NCBI GenBank assembly: GCA_900318765.1
Contig: ONLX01000015.1
Coordinates: 5,955 to 69,954 of the forward strand
DNA length: 64,000 nucleotides
Direction of reading: 5' to 3'
DNA from: an uncultured Eubacteriales bacterium
GTDB taxonomy: Bacteria > Bacillota > Clostridia > Christensenellales > CAG-138
The position numbers and the translations under genes were made by a program. The stretch's first letter is position 1. Each line of letters opens with the position of its first letter. Under the pieces are notes generated by a model that searched no databases, was not told where the DNA came from, and saw only the letters and a program-made list of their open reading frames with translations. Shown one piece after another: positions 18,048-28,679 of the stretch.

Positions 18048-20149
18048 AAAAAACGTTGATCCATGCAAATCCGATTCCCTCTTCGCGAACCTTGACCCAG
18101 AAGGATCGCCTACTGTTGCTTGCGTTGATGGCGGTATACGCGATCGTCGCGTTTGTCAACCTGGGGACAACGGCCTTTCCGACCCATCCATGGATCGGCG
18201 AAACCGAAGAAACGGTGATTATTGATCTCGGAACCGAATGCGATGTTTCTCAGATCTGGCTGAACGGCAACATTGCCGAAGGCACGATTCGGTTTTATGA
18301 CGATTCAGATCATTATACGGAAGTCAAACAAGATTTTGGTGATATGTTCAAATGGAAACAATGCAACGTTCCTTTGCATACACGCTATGTAAGATTGTTT
18401 GTCGCTTCCGGCAATGCGGCGTTCAATGAGATTGCAATCTTTGATGCGAACGGCAATCGGATCGATGCTTCGATCTATGTGCAGTACGACGCAAGAGGCG
18501 TTGATCAATTCCCGAATCAGCAGGCTCTGCTCGACGAGCAGAATACGGTTCCGAGCGAACCATCCTATCTCAACGGGATGTACTTTGACGAGATATATCA
18601 TGCGCGTACCGCTTATGAGATTGTTACGGATACAAATCTGTACTTTGAAGGAAAACGTGTCGGCGTAACGGATTTCTCCTATGTGCGCGACAACGGCTTT
18701 TCTATCTATGAGTGGACGCATCCGCAGCTTGGAAAAGTTCTGATCGCACTCGGCGTTCGCATTTTCGGTATGAATCCGTTTGGATGGCGGTTTACCGGTA
18801 CGCTGTTCGGCGTGTTGATCCTTTGGGTGCTGTATGCTTTGGCGAAGCGGATCTTTCGGAGAACCGAATATGCGTTCCTGACAGCGGGTTTGTTTGCGGT
18901 TGACTGTATGCATTTTTCTCAAACGCGTATTGCAACGATCGATGTTTATGCGTTGTTCTTTACGCTGCTGATGTTCCTGTTCATGCTGGATTATATGGAA
19001 CAGAATCGAACAGATGCACCGTTTGAAAAGCAGATGCTCTCGCTTGGACTTTGCGGGCTTGCCTTCGGACTCGGTGCATCCAGCAAATGGACCTGTCTGT
19101 ATTCCGGAGCGGGACTTGCCGTGCTGTTTTTCACACAGTTTATCGCTCGATGCGTTTCGTGGTTCCGGGATCGGAAGGAATCCAAAAAACACGGCATGCA
19201 GGTCGGAAAGATTGTGATCAATCCGATTCCGCTTCTGCCCGTTCTGTATACGCTCGGCGCATTTGTGCTGTTTGCGGCAGCAAAGCTTTCCCACCCGTCG
19301 CAGGGATTTTTCTATCGGGTCAAGTACGATTGGGAATGGTACGATTTGATTTTGGCCAACGGATTCTGGATTCCGATGCTTTTCCTGTCGGTTGCGGCAA
19401 TCGTTTCGGCATTCCTGTTTCGACGGTTCACAAAAGGCAAGGACTTTGATCTTCGGTGGAATCGGCAATGTATGACATTGGTTCTGTGCTGCGTGTTCTT
19501 TATCCTGATTCCGGTCATCCTGTATTACGCGTCTTCGTACAGCTTTTACCTGTCCGAAAATCGCAATACGCTGCATGAACAGCTGCAATGCCTTTGGGAT
19601 AAGCAAAAAAGCATGTATGCGTACCATGCCGGTCTGGATGCTACGCATCCGTGCCAGTCGAACTGGTATGAATGGTTCTTTGCCGAGAAGTCGGTTTGGT
19701 TCTATGCAGGGTATCCGGACGGGAAGCTTTCGAATATCTCAAGCACCGGGAATCCTGCGGTCTGGTATGTTTCGGCCATCCTTGCGCTTTTGATGTTGAT
19801 TCGGATCGTTTTTCATAAGGATGATCGTAAAAATCGAAGCTATTGGGTTGTCATCGTCGGAATTCTTTCCGGAATTCTTCCATGGGTGTTTGTGTCCCGG
19901 TGCGTATTCCTGTATCATTACTTCTCCGCGCTGCCCTTTGTGATGCTTGCGGGGATCGCGTTCCTGTACGAAGCAGAAAAACAGTATCCGCAGGTAAGGA
20001 CCATCCGTTGGATATGGCTCGGCGTTTCGGCGGCATTCTTCCTTCTCATGTATCCTGCTATCTCCGGTTTACCGATGGAATTCGGATATGCGGGATTCAT
20101 TGAACATGTGCTTACGATTTTCGGAAAGGTTTTTTATGTCAGCGTCTGA
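18044..20149 (+). CDS. GT39-like (protein O-mannosyltransferase family) phospholipid-carrier-dependent glycosyltransferase with a discoidin-like domain
   Basis: ATGA overlap with the upstream gene. After TM1 there is a ~90 aa segment (IDLGTECDVSQIWLNGN...RYVRLFVASGNAAFNEIAIFD) resembling F5/8 type C domains. The loop-1 DE motif MYFDEIYHARTAYE and HPQLGKVLIALGVRIFGMNPFGWRF follow. The C-terminal region (NPAVWY...LYHYFSALPF) resembles PMT_4TMC. Confidence 0.8.
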   Translation: MKKTLIHANPIPSSRTLTQKDRLLLLALMAVYAIVAFVNLGTTAFPTHPWIGETEETVIIDLGTECDVSQIWLNGNIAEGTIRFYDDSDHYTEVKQDFGDMFKWKQCNVPLHTRYVRLFVASGNAAFNEIAIFDANGNRIDASIYVQYDARGVDQFPNQQALLDEQNTVPSEPSYLNGMYFDEIYHARTAYEIVTDTNLYFEGKRVGVTDFSYVRDNGFSIYEWTHPQLGKVLIALGVRIFGMNPFGWRFTGTLFGVLILWVLYALAKRIFRRTEYAFLTAGLFAVDCMHFSQTRIATIDVYALFFTLLMFLFMLDYMEQNRTDAPFEKQMLSLGLCGLAFGLGASSKWTCLYSGAGLAVLFFTQFIARCVSWFRDRKESKKHGMQVGKIVINPIPLLPVLYTLGAFVLFAAAKLSHPSQGFFYRVKYDWEWYDLILANGFWIPMLFLSVAAIVSAFLFRRFTKGKDFDLRWNRQCMTLVLCCVFFILIPVILYYASSYSFYLSENRNTLHEQLQCLWDKQKSMYAYHAGLDATHPCQSNWYEWFFAEKSVWFYAGYPDGKLSNISSTGNPAVWYVSAILALLMLIRIVFHKDDRKNRSYWVVIVGILSGILPWVFVSRCVFLYHYFSALPFVMLAGIAFLYEAEKQYPQVRTIRWIWLGVSAAFFLLMYPAISGLPMEFGYAGFIEHVLTIFGKVFYVSV

Positions 20150-20615
20150 AAAGAAAGGGATTGTACAGTTCATTCAGTTCATTTTGGTCGGCGTACTGAA
20201 CACGCTTGTGGATCTGGTTGTGACAAGATTGCTGCAGGTCGGATTCGGGCTCTTGACAAATCAGTTGCTTTTGACCTACTATATTCCTAAAGTCATCGGA
20301 TACGCCTGCGGTATCGTCAACAGCTATGTTCTGAATACGGCATGGACGTTTCAGAAGGAGCGCAAACGCGATGCAAGAGAGATTATCTCGTTTCTGATCA
20401 TCAATGCGCTGACGCTCGGCGTTTCACTCGGACTGATGTTTTTGTTCCGAAACGTATTCGGGCTTTCGAATTGGTGGAACAATGTGATTTCGATCGATTG
20501 GATTCTTCGGATAATCCCGGGCGATTTTTTCTGCACGCTGCTGTCCTCGGGGATCGCACTCGTGCTGAATTTTCTGGGAAACAAACTGATCGTTTTTGCA
20601 AAGCGCAAAGCCTAA
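20136..20615 (+). CDS. GtrA-family membrane protein (putative lipid-linked sugar translocase)
   Basis: QFIQFILVGVLNTLVDLVV, YVLNTAWTF and NFLGNKLIVF in a four-TM protein of ~159 aa. ATG at 20136 overlaps the upstream gene by 14 nt. Confidence 0.85.
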   Translation: MSASEKKGIVQFIQFILVGVLNTLVDLVVTRLLQVGFGLLTNQLLLTYYIPKVIGYACGIVNSYVLNTAWTFQKERKRDAREIISFLIINALTLGVSLGLMFLFRNVFGLSNWWNNVISIDWILRIIPGDFFCTLLSSGIALVLNFLGNKLIVFAKRKA

Positions 20616-20648
20616 CACGTTTTGTGTTCATGGGAAGGGGGCAAACGA

Positions 20649-22169
20649 ATGCTGGCAAAAGTCTACAGCTACGGCTTGATCGGATTAAACGGCTTCTTGG
20701 TTACGGTAGAAGCCTCCATCATGAACGGAATCGGCAATTATCAGACGGTCGGTCTTCCCGATACGGCGGTCAAAGAATCCAAAGAACGGATCCATGCGGC
20801 AATCCGCCAGTCCGGAATGTCATATCCGGTGGCGAATATCATCGTAAACCTTGCTCCTGCTGATCTCAGAAAGGAAGGATCGATTTATGATCTCCCGATT
20901 GCGCTTGCCATTTTGCAGGCGTCCGGCCAGATTCGCCCGATCCCGGAGAATACGATTGCGCTCGGCGAGCTCGCCTTGGACGGAACAATCCGACCGGTCA
21001 ACGGCGTTCTGCCGATGATGATTGACGCGTTTGCAAATGGGTATAAAGAGTTCTTTATCCCGTGGGAAAATGCAGCGGAGGCATCGTATATCGATGGAGC
21101 GACTGTTTATGCGGTACATTCGCTCAACGAATTGCTTCGGCATCTGAACGCGTCGGAACCGCTTGCGCCGATTCCGATCCGGAGCTTTTCGGGAGAATTG
21201 GTCAGCTCCTCCTTCGACTTTTCCGAAATCAAAGGGCAGGAAGCTGCAAAGCGTGCCGCAGAGGTTGCGGTGGCGGGCGGCCATAATATGCTTTTATGCG
21301 GTACACCGGGATCCGGAAAGACCATGCTTGCAAGAGCGATTCCGTCAATCCTCCCGGAAATGACCTTTTCGGAAGCTCTGGAAGTAACGAAGATTCATTC
21401 GATTACGGGACGCATGAAGGGCAGCGACGGGTTGATGGTCGAACGTCCCTTTCGCGCGCCGCATCACGGTGCGAGCGCGTCGGCTTTGATCGGAGGGGGA
21501 ACGAAAGCGCTTCCGGGCGAGATCAGCCTCGCGCATAACGGGGTTCTGTTCTTAGACGAGTTTCCGGAATTTCAGCGGCAGGTCCTCGAATCGCTTCGCC
21601 AACCGTTGGAAGATGGGGAAGTGACGGTTTCACGCGCATCAGCCAACGCGACATATCCCGCGCGCTTTATCCTGATTGCGGCGATGAATCCCTGCCCCTG
21701 TGGGAACCGAGGATCCAAAACCAAAAAATGCACTTGCACGCCCTCACAGATCCGAAGATATGCTTCTCGGGTTTCCGGCCCACTGCTCGATCGGATCGAT
21801 CTCCATATTGAGATGACCGAGGTCGGGTATCATGAGATCACCGAGCGCAGACCTGCGGAATCTAGTGCATTGATCCGCGAACGCGTCAAGGCGGCGAGAT
21901 TGATTCAGGCAAAACGGTTTCAAAACGACGGAATCCGAACCAATGCGCAGATGAACAGTCGACTGGTGCAAACGTATTGTACGCCGACCGGGACTGCCGA
22001 AACAATGCTGCAGGCTGCATTTACACGGCTTCACCTTTCGGCAAGAGCGTATCAACGGGTTCTGAAGGTCGCCAGGACGATTGCCGATCTGGACGGTGAA
22101 TCGGAAATCCTGCCGAAGCATTATGCCGAGGCGATTCAGTACCGCAGCACGGAGCTTTTGAAAGTGTAA
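20649..22169 (+). CDS. comM: YifB/ComM-family Mg-chelatase-like AAA+ ATPase
   Basis: Lon-protease-like N-domain (MLAKVYSYGLIGLNGFLVTVE), Walker A GTPGSGKTMLA and LFLDEFPEF. Positioned upstream of dprA. Confidence 0.92.
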   Translation: MLAKVYSYGLIGLNGFLVTVEASIMNGIGNYQTVGLPDTAVKESKERIHAAIRQSGMSYPVANIIVNLAPADLRKEGSIYDLPIALAILQASGQIRPIPENTIALGELALDGTIRPVNGVLPMMIDAFANGYKEFFIPWENAAEASYIDGATVYAVHSLNELLRHLNASEPLAPIPIRSFSGELVSSSFDFSEIKGQEAAKRAAEVAVAGGHNMLLCGTPGSGKTMLARAIPSILPEMTFSEALEVTKIHSITGRMKGSDGLMVERPFRAPHHGASASALIGGGTKALPGEISLAHNGVLFLDEFPEFQRQVLESLRQPLEDGEVTVSRASANATYPARFILIAAMNPCPCGNRGSKTKKCTCTPSQIRRYASRVSGPLLDRIDLHIEMTEVGYHEITERRPAESSALIRERVKAARLIQAKRFQNDGIRTNAQMNSRLVQTYCTPTGTAETMLQAAFTRLHLSARAYQRVLKVARTIADLDGESEILPKHYAEAIQYRSTELLKV

Positions 22170-22182
22170 GTCGGAGGAGAAT

Positions 22183-23340
22183 ATGACACAGGAACAACGC
22201 CTTTGGCTTTGGCTGAATTACGCAACGGAACATAATCCGAAACTGTTTTATACAATTTTGCAAAGGTTTGATTCGATCGAAGAGGTGTTCGATGCGGTCC
22301 TTCATCGGTCGTTTGATGATTTCGGAAATCTGGATGCACGCGTGAAAGAACGGATGCTAACTGCATCGGCTGATCGATTTTTGGATCGCTATATCGGTTG
22401 GATAGAGAAAAACGGCATCGGCATCACAACGCCGGAATCCGAAGATTATCCCACGCTGCTGAATGAAATCGTGGATCCGCCGTCCGTTCTGTTTTATCGC
22501 GGTACGATGCGGGCAGATCTTCCGCTGCCGATTGCTGTTGTCGGGTCGAGAAGCATGACCGATTATGGCAAGGAAATCGCAAGGTTATTCGGAAGCCAGA
22601 TCGCCGAACATAACGGAACGGTCGTTACGGGGTTGGCTGCGGGTATCGATTCGGAAGCGGCAAAGGGCGCGTTATCCTGCCTTTTTTCCGATCATCCGGT
22701 GATCGGAGTGATTCCCTGCGGAATCGATCTCGTTTATCCGAGCGGAAACGAAAGACTGTATGAGGAAGTGGCGGAACGGGGATGTCTTATGACCGAGATG
22801 CTACCCAAAACCTCTCCTCAGAAGTTTGTGTTTCCCATGCGTAATCGGATTCTTTCGGGTCTTTCGCGAGGCGTACTCGTTGTGGAAGCCGGGGAACGCA
22901 GCGGAACGTCGTTAACGGTTGATCATGCGCACGACCAGGGCCGCGATGTATTTGCGATTCCCGGGCGGCTGACCGATCTGATGAGTGTCGGAACGAATCG
23001 GCTGATTGCTCGCGGTGAAGCAAAACCGGTGACGAATATCCAGGATATTCTTTCCGAGTATGAGGATTTCCTGCAGGTTGATGACGGCGCACTGAATCCG
23101 AACGCGAAGCGCGTTCAGTTCTCCAGTCTTTCAAGAATCGGGCAGGAGATCTATATGGCTTTGCTGCAGGGCGAAAAGAATGCGGACGATCTTTTGGACT
23201 GGATCGACGCAACACCTGCAGAACTGAATGCTGCCTTGACGGAACTGCAATTTTCGGAGGTCATCCGGCAATTACCGGGGAGAATGTATACGATTGACGC
23301 ACTGCGTACCACAGTGACGTTTGACGAACAACAGAGTTGA
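22183..23340 (+). CDS. dprA: DNA-processing protein DprA (Smf)
   Basis: Rossmann-fold motifs VVGSRSMTDYG, GLAAGIDSEAAKGAL and the C-terminal winged-helix-like tail. GGAGGAG RBS. Confidence 0.92.
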   Translation: MTQEQRLWLWLNYATEHNPKLFYTILQRFDSIEEVFDAVLHRSFDDFGNLDARVKERMLTASADRFLDRYIGWIEKNGIGITTPESEDYPTLLNEIVDPPSVLFYRGTMRADLPLPIAVVGSRSMTDYGKEIARLFGSQIAEHNGTVVTGLAAGIDSEAAKGALSCLFSDHPVIGVIPCGIDLVYPSGNERLYEEVAERGCLMTEMLPKTSPQKFVFPMRNRILSGLSRGVLVVEAGERSGTSLTVDHAHDQGRDVFAIPGRLTDLMSVGTNRLIARGEAKPVTNIQDILSEYEDFLQVDDGALNPNAKRVQFSSLSRIGQEIYMALLQGEKNADDLLDWIDATPAELNAALTELQFSEVIRQLPGRMYTIDALRTTVTFDEQQS

Positions 23341-23363
23341 AAACACACAGAGGAGAACGATTT

Positions 23364-25445
23364 ATGGCTGATACGCTTGTTATCGTAGAGTCGCCTGCAA
23401 AGGCAAAAACCATCGGGAAGTTTTTAGGGAGCAAATATAAGGTCGTTGCGTCCAACGGCCACGTTCGCGATCTTCCGAAGTCAACGCTCGGCGTTGATCC
23501 GGATAAGAACTTTGCTCCAAAGTATATTACACTTCGCGGAAGAGGTGAGGTTCTTGAAACCATTCGGCGTGAAGCAAAGGATGCGAAGAATATTCTTCTC
23601 GCAACCGACCCTGATCGCGAGGGAGAAGCGATTTCCTGGCATCTTGCGAAGATTCTCGATCTGGACGTGCAGAAGAAGTGCAGAATTGAGTTCAATGAGA
23701 TTACTGCGAATGCCGTCAAAAGTTCCATCAAAAAGCCGAGAACGATCAATATGAATCTTGTCGATGCTCAGCAGGCACGCCGCGTTCTGGATCGTCTTGT
23801 CGGCTATAAGATCAGTCCGATTCTTTGGCACAAGGTGCAGAAGGGTCTGTCTGCCGGACGTGTACAGTCCGTCGCAACACGGATCATCTGCGACCGGGAA
23901 GAGGAAATCAACGAGTTCGTTCCTGAGGAATACTGGACGATCACTGCGAAGCTCGACGGTTCCAAGACCTTTGAAGCGCGTTACTTCGGCGAAGACGGTA
24001 AAAAGCGCGATATTCATACGGAAGCGGAAGCTAATGAAGTTAAAGCTCGTACGCTCGGAGCATCGTTTCGGACGGTGGAATGCAAAACAACCGAAAAGCG
24101 CAAGCACGCGCCGGCTCCGTTTACGACTTCCGGACTGCAGCAGGATGCATCACGCAAGCTTGGCTTTACGACCAAGAGAACGATGATGATCGCACAGCAG
24201 CTGTATGAAGGTGTGGAGCTCGGAAAGCGTGGTCCCGTCGGTATGATTTCCTATATCCGTACCGACTCGGTGCGCGTCGCTTCCGAGGCGCAGCAGAGCG
24301 CAAGACAGTATATTGCCGATACGTTTGGTCAGACCTATGTTCCGCAATCGCCGAATATCTATCGCGGAAGGCGCGGCGCGCAGGATGCGCACGAAGCCAT
24401 TCGTCCCACCGATCTTGGCAACGATCCGAAATCGGTAAAGCCGTATCTATCTTCCGAACAATACAAATTGTACAAATTGATTTTTGATCGATTCGTTGCG
24501 AGCCAAATGAGCGAAGCTGTGCAGATGGTTACAAGCTGTACCTTTGACGCAAACGGCGCTACGTTTAAATCCTCCGGCACGCGTACCATGTTCGACGGAT
24601 ATACTGCCGTGTATACGGAAAGCAAAGAGGATGATGAGAAGGAAGTAACGTTGCCGAAACTTGCCGAAGGGGATGTCTTTAAGGCATCCGCGATTGACAC
24701 GCAGCAGAAGTTCACGCAGCCGCCGGCGCGCTATACGGAGGCGTCGCTCGTTCATACGCTCGAAGAAAAGGGAATCGGCAGACCGTCAACCTATGCGCCG
24801 ACGATCTCCACTGTAATCGATCGCGGGTATGTCGCCCGGGAAAAGAAATTGCTTGTTCCGACGGATCTCGGTTTCATCGTTACGAACCTGATGAAAAAGA
24901 GCTTCCCGGATATCGTCGATATCGCCTTTACTGCGAACATGGAAGAGGAGTTGGACGAAGTCGAAGAAGGCAAGATGGATTGGACACAGCTGATGTCCGA
25001 ATTCTATGCGCCGTTTATCAAGACGGTTCAGAAGGCAGATTCCGAGATCGAGAAGGTCAACATTCCGGATGAGGTTTCCGATGTTGTCTGCGAACTATGC
25101 GGAGCTCAGATGGTTTATAAAAACGGTCGTTACGGAAGATTCCTTGCCTGCCCGAATTATCCGACCTGTAAAAATACCAAGCCGATCATTGAAAAACTCG
25201 ATGTTCCCTGCCCAAAGTGCGGAGGCTCGATTCTGAAACGCCGCAGCAAGAAGGGCCACACATTCTACGGATGCGAAAACTATCCGACCTGTGATTTCAC
25301 AAGCTGGAATCCGCTTGTCAACCAGAAATGCCCGAAGTGCGGTGGCTATATGGTACAAAAACGAGGCAGAAACGGAACGTTTGTTGCGTGCGCGGATCCG
25401 CAGTGCGCTTATATTTTCCGGGAAAAGAAGAAGGACGATGAATAA
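23364..25445 (+). CDS. topA: DNA topoisomerase I
   Basis: Toprim N-terminus [18 protein letters not shown], the active-site region ISYIRTDS, and three C-terminal C4 zinc ribbons. ATG at 23364 follows GAGGAG. Confidence 0.97.
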   Translation: MADTLVIVESPAKAKTIGKFLGSKYKVVASNGHVRDLPKSTLGVDPDKNFAPKYITLRGRGEVLETIRREAKDAKNILLATDPDREGEAISWHLAKILDLDVQKKCRIEFNEITANAVKSSIKKPRTINMNLVDAQQARRVLDRLVGYKISPILWHKVQKGLSAGRVQSVATRIICDREEEINEFVPEEYWTITAKLDGSKTFEARYFGEDGKKRDIHTEAEANEVKARTLGASFRTVECKTTEKRKHAPAPFTTSGLQQDASRKLGFTTKRTMMIAQQLYEGVELGKRGPVGMISYIRTDSVRVASEAQQSARQYIADTFGQTYVPQSPNIYRGRRGAQDAHEAIRPTDLGNDPKSVKPYLSSEQYKLYKLIFDRFVASQMSEAVQMVTSCTFDANGATFKSSGTRTMFDGYTAVYTESKEDDEKEVTLPKLAEGDVFKASAIDTQQKFTQPPARYTEASLVHTLEEKGIGRPSTYAPTISTVIDRGYVAREKKLLVPTDLGFIVTNLMKKSFPDIVDIAFTANMEEELDEVEEGKMDWTQLMSEFYAPFIKTVQKADSEIEKVNIPDEVSDVVCELCGAQMVYKNGRYGRFLACPNYPTCKNTKPIIEKLDVPCPKCGGSILKRRSKKGHTFYGCENYPTCDFTSWNPLVNQKCPKCGGYMVQKRGRNGTFVACADPQCAYIFREKKKDDE

Positions 25446-26727
25446 TCCGGTTACGATCGTCGGCGCCGGACTGGCCGGTTCGGAAGCAGCCTATCAGCTT
25501 TTGAAACGCGGTTTTTCCGTCACGTTGCATGAAATGAAGCCGGTGCGGTTTTCCCCGGCGCATCACAGCGAATCGTTTGCGGAGCTTGTTTGTTCGAATT
25601 CGCTTCGCTCGGACCGCATCGAAAATGCTGTCGGTCTTTTAAAGGAGGAACTGCGAAGCATGGATTCGCTGATTCTTTCCTGCGCAGATGCAACGCGCGT
25701 CCCGGCGGGCGGAGCGCTTGCAGTCGATCGGGAAGGATTTGCGGCACTTGTTACAAAGCGTCTTCTGGAATTTCCGAATTTGAAAGTTGTTCACGATGAG
25801 GTCACGGAAATTCCTTCTTCACCGTGTATCATAGCAAGCGGACCGTTGACAAGCGATGCGCTTTCACAGGCGATTGAGCGTCGTCTCGGAATTTCCTTGC
25901 ATTTTTACGATGCTGCCGCTCCGATTGTAACGAAAGATTCTCTTGATTTTTCGAAGGTCTATTGCGCATCGCGCTACGGACGCGGAGAGGACTATCTCAA
26001 TTGCCCGATGACACGGGAGGAATACTTCCGGTTTTATCAGGAGCTGATTGCGGCAGAGACTGCTCCGCTGCATTCGTTCGAAACGCCGCGGGTTTTCGAA
26101 GGCTGCATGCCGGTGGAAGTGATGGCAAAACGCGGTGAGATGACGCTTGCGTATGGTCCGATGAAGCCGGTTGGATTGGAAGTCGACGGACAACGCCCGT
26201 TCGCGGTTGTTCAACTTCGGCGCGACAATGCAGAAGATACGCTGTATAACATTGTTGGGTTTCAGACCAATCTGAAGTTCGGGGAGCAAAAACGCGTTTT
26301 CGGCTTGATCCCGGGACTTGAACATGCCGAGTTTGTGCGCTTTGGCGTTATGCACCGCAACACGTTTTTGAACAGTCCGAACCTGCTCCGCTGGGACTTC
26401 TCGATGCGAGATGATCCGATGCTCTTCTTTGCCGGTCAGATGACCGGTGTGGAAGGGTATGTGGAGTCTGCCGCAAGCGGTTTTTCGGCGGGTGTCCATC
26501 TTGCAAGAAAACTGCAGGGGCGTGCTCCGATCGATTTTACCGCCGAAACGGCGATCGGGGCGTTGGGACATTATGTTTCGGAGTTTACCGGAAAAGACTT
26601 TCAGCCGATGAATGTCACGTTCGGGATCATGGATGCCTATCCGGAACGGATTCGCAACAAACAGGAACGCTATCATAAGATTGCCGAACGGTCTTTGGAA
26701 CGGATTCGTGCAATCGTTTTTGAGTAA
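25438..26727 (+). CDS. trmFO: Methylenetetrahydrofolate-tRNA-(uracil54-C5)-methyltransferase TrmFO (Gid)
   Basis: FAD-binding [17 protein letters not shown], the CSNSLR motif and [19 protein letters not shown] at 25438 overlaps the topA stop. Confidence 0.93.
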   Translation: MNNPVTIVGAGLAGSEAAYQLLKRGFSVTLHEMKPVRFSPAHHSESFAELVCSNSLRSDRIENAVGLLKEELRSMDSLILSCADATRVPAGGALAVDREGFAALVTKRLLEFPNLKVVHDEVTEIPSSPCIIASGPLTSDALSQAIERRLGISLHFYDAAAPIVTKDSLDFSKVYCASRYGRGEDYLNCPMTREEYFRFYQELIAAETAPLHSFETPRVFEGCMPVEVMAKRGEMTLAYGPMKPVGLEVDGQRPFAVVQLRRDNAEDTLYNIVGFQTNLKFGEQKRVFGLIPGLEHAEFVRFGVMHRNTFLNSPNLLRWDFSMRDDPMLFFAGQMTGVEGYVESAASGFSAGVHLARKLQGRAPIDFTAETAIGALGHYVSEFTGKDFQPMNVTFGIMDAYPERIRNKQERYHKIAERSLERIRAIVFE

Positions 26728-26743
26728 GATTTCAGGAGGAACT

Positions 26744-27277
26744 ATGGAATTACAGGGAACAACGATTTTGGCCGTCAAACGAAACGGGAAAACAGCTGTC
26801 TGCGGCGATGGACAGGTGACAATGGGCCAACAAGCCGTTATGAAGGCGACGGCAAAGAAGGTTCGCCGGATTTTTCATGATCGGGTCGTCGTCGGATTTG
26901 CAGGATCGGTCGCCGACGCATTCAGTCTCTGCGACCGGTTCGAAGAGAAAATGCAGATGTACGGCGGATCGCTTGCCCGCGCGGCGGTAGCTTTGGCACA
27001 GGATTGGCGCAATGATAAAGTCATGCGCAAGCTCGAAGCCATGATGATTGTCGCGGATAAAGAATCGTTGCTTGTGATCTCCGGAACCGGCGAAGTCATT
27101 GAACCGGACGACGGCGTTGCAGCGATCGGCTCGGGTGGACTGTACGCGCTTGCGGCTGCAAAAGCGCTTGTGCAGAATACCGATCTGGATGCGCGTACCA
27201 TTGCTGTGAAAGGCCTTGAAATTGCCGGAGAGATCTGTATTTTCACCAACAACAATCTGACCGTTGAGGAGGTATAA
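26744..27277 (+). CDS. hslV: ATP-dependent protease subunit HslV (ClpQ)
   Basis: N-terminus [11 protein letters not shown] carries the active-site Thr, followed by [10 protein letters not shown] and GSGG. AGGAGGA RBS. Confidence 0.95.
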   Translation: MELQGTTILAVKRNGKTAVCGDGQVTMGQQAVMKATAKKVRRIFHDRVVVGFAGSVADAFSLCDRFEEKMQMYGGSLARAAVALAQDWRNDKVMRKLEAMMIVADKESLLVISGTGEVIEPDDGVAAIGSGGLYALAAAKALVQNTDLDARTIAVKGLEIAGEICIFTNNNLTVEEV

Positions 27278-27281
27278 CCGT

Positions 27282-28664
27282 ATGATGACACCGAAACAAA
27301 TCGTAGATGCGCTGGATCGGTACATTATCGGTCAGGAAGAAGCGAAACGAGCCGTCGCGATTGCGCTGCGGAACCGTTATCGGAGGTCTTGCCTCAGTGA
27401 AGATTTGCGTGAGGAGATTACGCCGAAGAATATCATTATGCTTGGGCCGACCGGAGTCGGCAAAACCGAAATTGCCCGTCGCCTTGCGAAGCTTGTTGAC
27501 GCGCCGTTTATCAAGGTTGAAGCAACAAAGTTTACCGAGGTCGGCTATGTCGGCAAGGATGTGGAAAGCATGATCCGTGATCTTGTTGAAGAATCGATTC
27601 GCTTGACGAAAACCCTGCGAATGAACGAAGTGAAATTCGCAGCAGAAGCGGCAACGGAAGCGCGGATTGTCGAACTGCTGTTGCCGCAGGCGAAAAAACA
27701 GCGTCCGCCGGTCAATCCGCTGCAATACCTGCTCGGAGCAGGCGCATCGCAGCCGGCAAGCGAAGAACCCAAGCTCTCCGAGGAGGAGCAGGAAAAGCAT
27801 CGTTCTCTGCGGGAACAGACCCTTGCGCGGCTGCGTGCGGGGCAGATGGAGAATGAAATTATCGAGATCGAGGTGGAGGAGAGCTCATCCGGCCCGATTC
27901 TGGCTATGGGGGTCGATATGGACCTTGGTTCGGTTCTCGGCGATATGCTCCCCAAAAGGCATAAACTGAAGAAGATGCCGGTATGCCAGGCCAGACCGAT
28001 TCTGTTGCAGCAGGAGTCGGAGAAGCGAATCGATATGGATGACGTTAACCGCGTTGCATTGATGAATGCGGAGCAGAACGGAATAATCTTCCTTGATGAG
28101 ATTGACAAGATTGCAGGCGCGGCAAATCGCGGAGGCGCGGATGTTTCACGCGAAGGCGTGCAGCGCGATATACTTCCGATCGTGGAAGGGACCACGATAT
28201 CGACCAAATACGGTGCAATCAAAACGGACTTTATTCTGTTTATCGGCGCAGGCGCATTCCACGTTTCAAAAGTCAGCGATCTGATTCCGGAACTTCAAGG
28301 CCGTTTCCCGATTCGTGTTACACTCAAGGATCTGACAGAAGAAGATTTCTATAAGATTTTGACGCAGCCGGATAACGCAGTTACCAAGCAATATGCAGCT
28401 TTACTCCGTCCGGACAACGTGAATCTTTCGTTTACGGAAGATGCGCTGCGTGAGATCGCGAAATTTGCATTCCGCGCCAACGAACAAAATGAGAACATCG
28501 GTGCGCGTCGCCTGCACACCGTTATGGAGAATTTGCTGAACGATATTTCCTTCAATGCCAACGGACAGCATCCGTTGATCGATGTTGTGATTGACGGGGA
28601 TTACGTCGATTCCCACCTTGCGTCGGAGTGGACGGAGGACAATATCCACAAGTATATTCTCTGA
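27282..28664 (+). CDS. hslU: ATP-dependent protease ATPase subunit HslU (ClpY)
   Basis: TPKQIVDALDRYIIGQEEAKRAVAIALRNRYRR, Walker A GPTGVGKTEIARRLA and IIFLDEIDKI. Confidence 0.96.
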   Translation: MMTPKQIVDALDRYIIGQEEAKRAVAIALRNRYRRSCLSEDLREEITPKNIIMLGPTGVGKTEIARRLAKLVDAPFIKVEATKFTEVGYVGKDVESMIRDLVEESIRLTKTLRMNEVKFAAEAATEARIVELLLPQAKKQRPPVNPLQYLLGAGASQPASEEPKLSEEEQEKHRSLREQTLARLRAGQMENEIIEIEVEESSSGPILAMGVDMDLGSVLGDMLPKRHKLKKMPVCQARPILLQQESEKRIDMDDVNRVALMNAEQNGIIFLDEIDKIAGAANRGGADVSREGVQRDILPIVEGTTISTKYGAIKTDFILFIGAGAFHVSKVSDLIPELQGRFPIRVTLKDLTEEDFYKILTQPDNAVTKQYAALLRPDNVNLSFTEDALREIAKFAFRANEQNENIGARRLHTVMENLLNDISFNANGQHPLIDVVIDGDYVDSHLASEWTEDNIHKYIL

Positions 28665-28679
28665 TGAACTACGAAGGAT

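Noticed and set aside
25291-25437. N-terminal extensions of several track ORFs (trmFO from 25291, hslV from 26612, rnhB from 14535, maf to 50052, hisJ-like to 37890, cysS to 39955).
   Set aside because: The extensions overlap the preceding gene in another frame and lack an RBS. Internal ATGs preceded by GGAGG-like sites give N-termini matching the family consensus.
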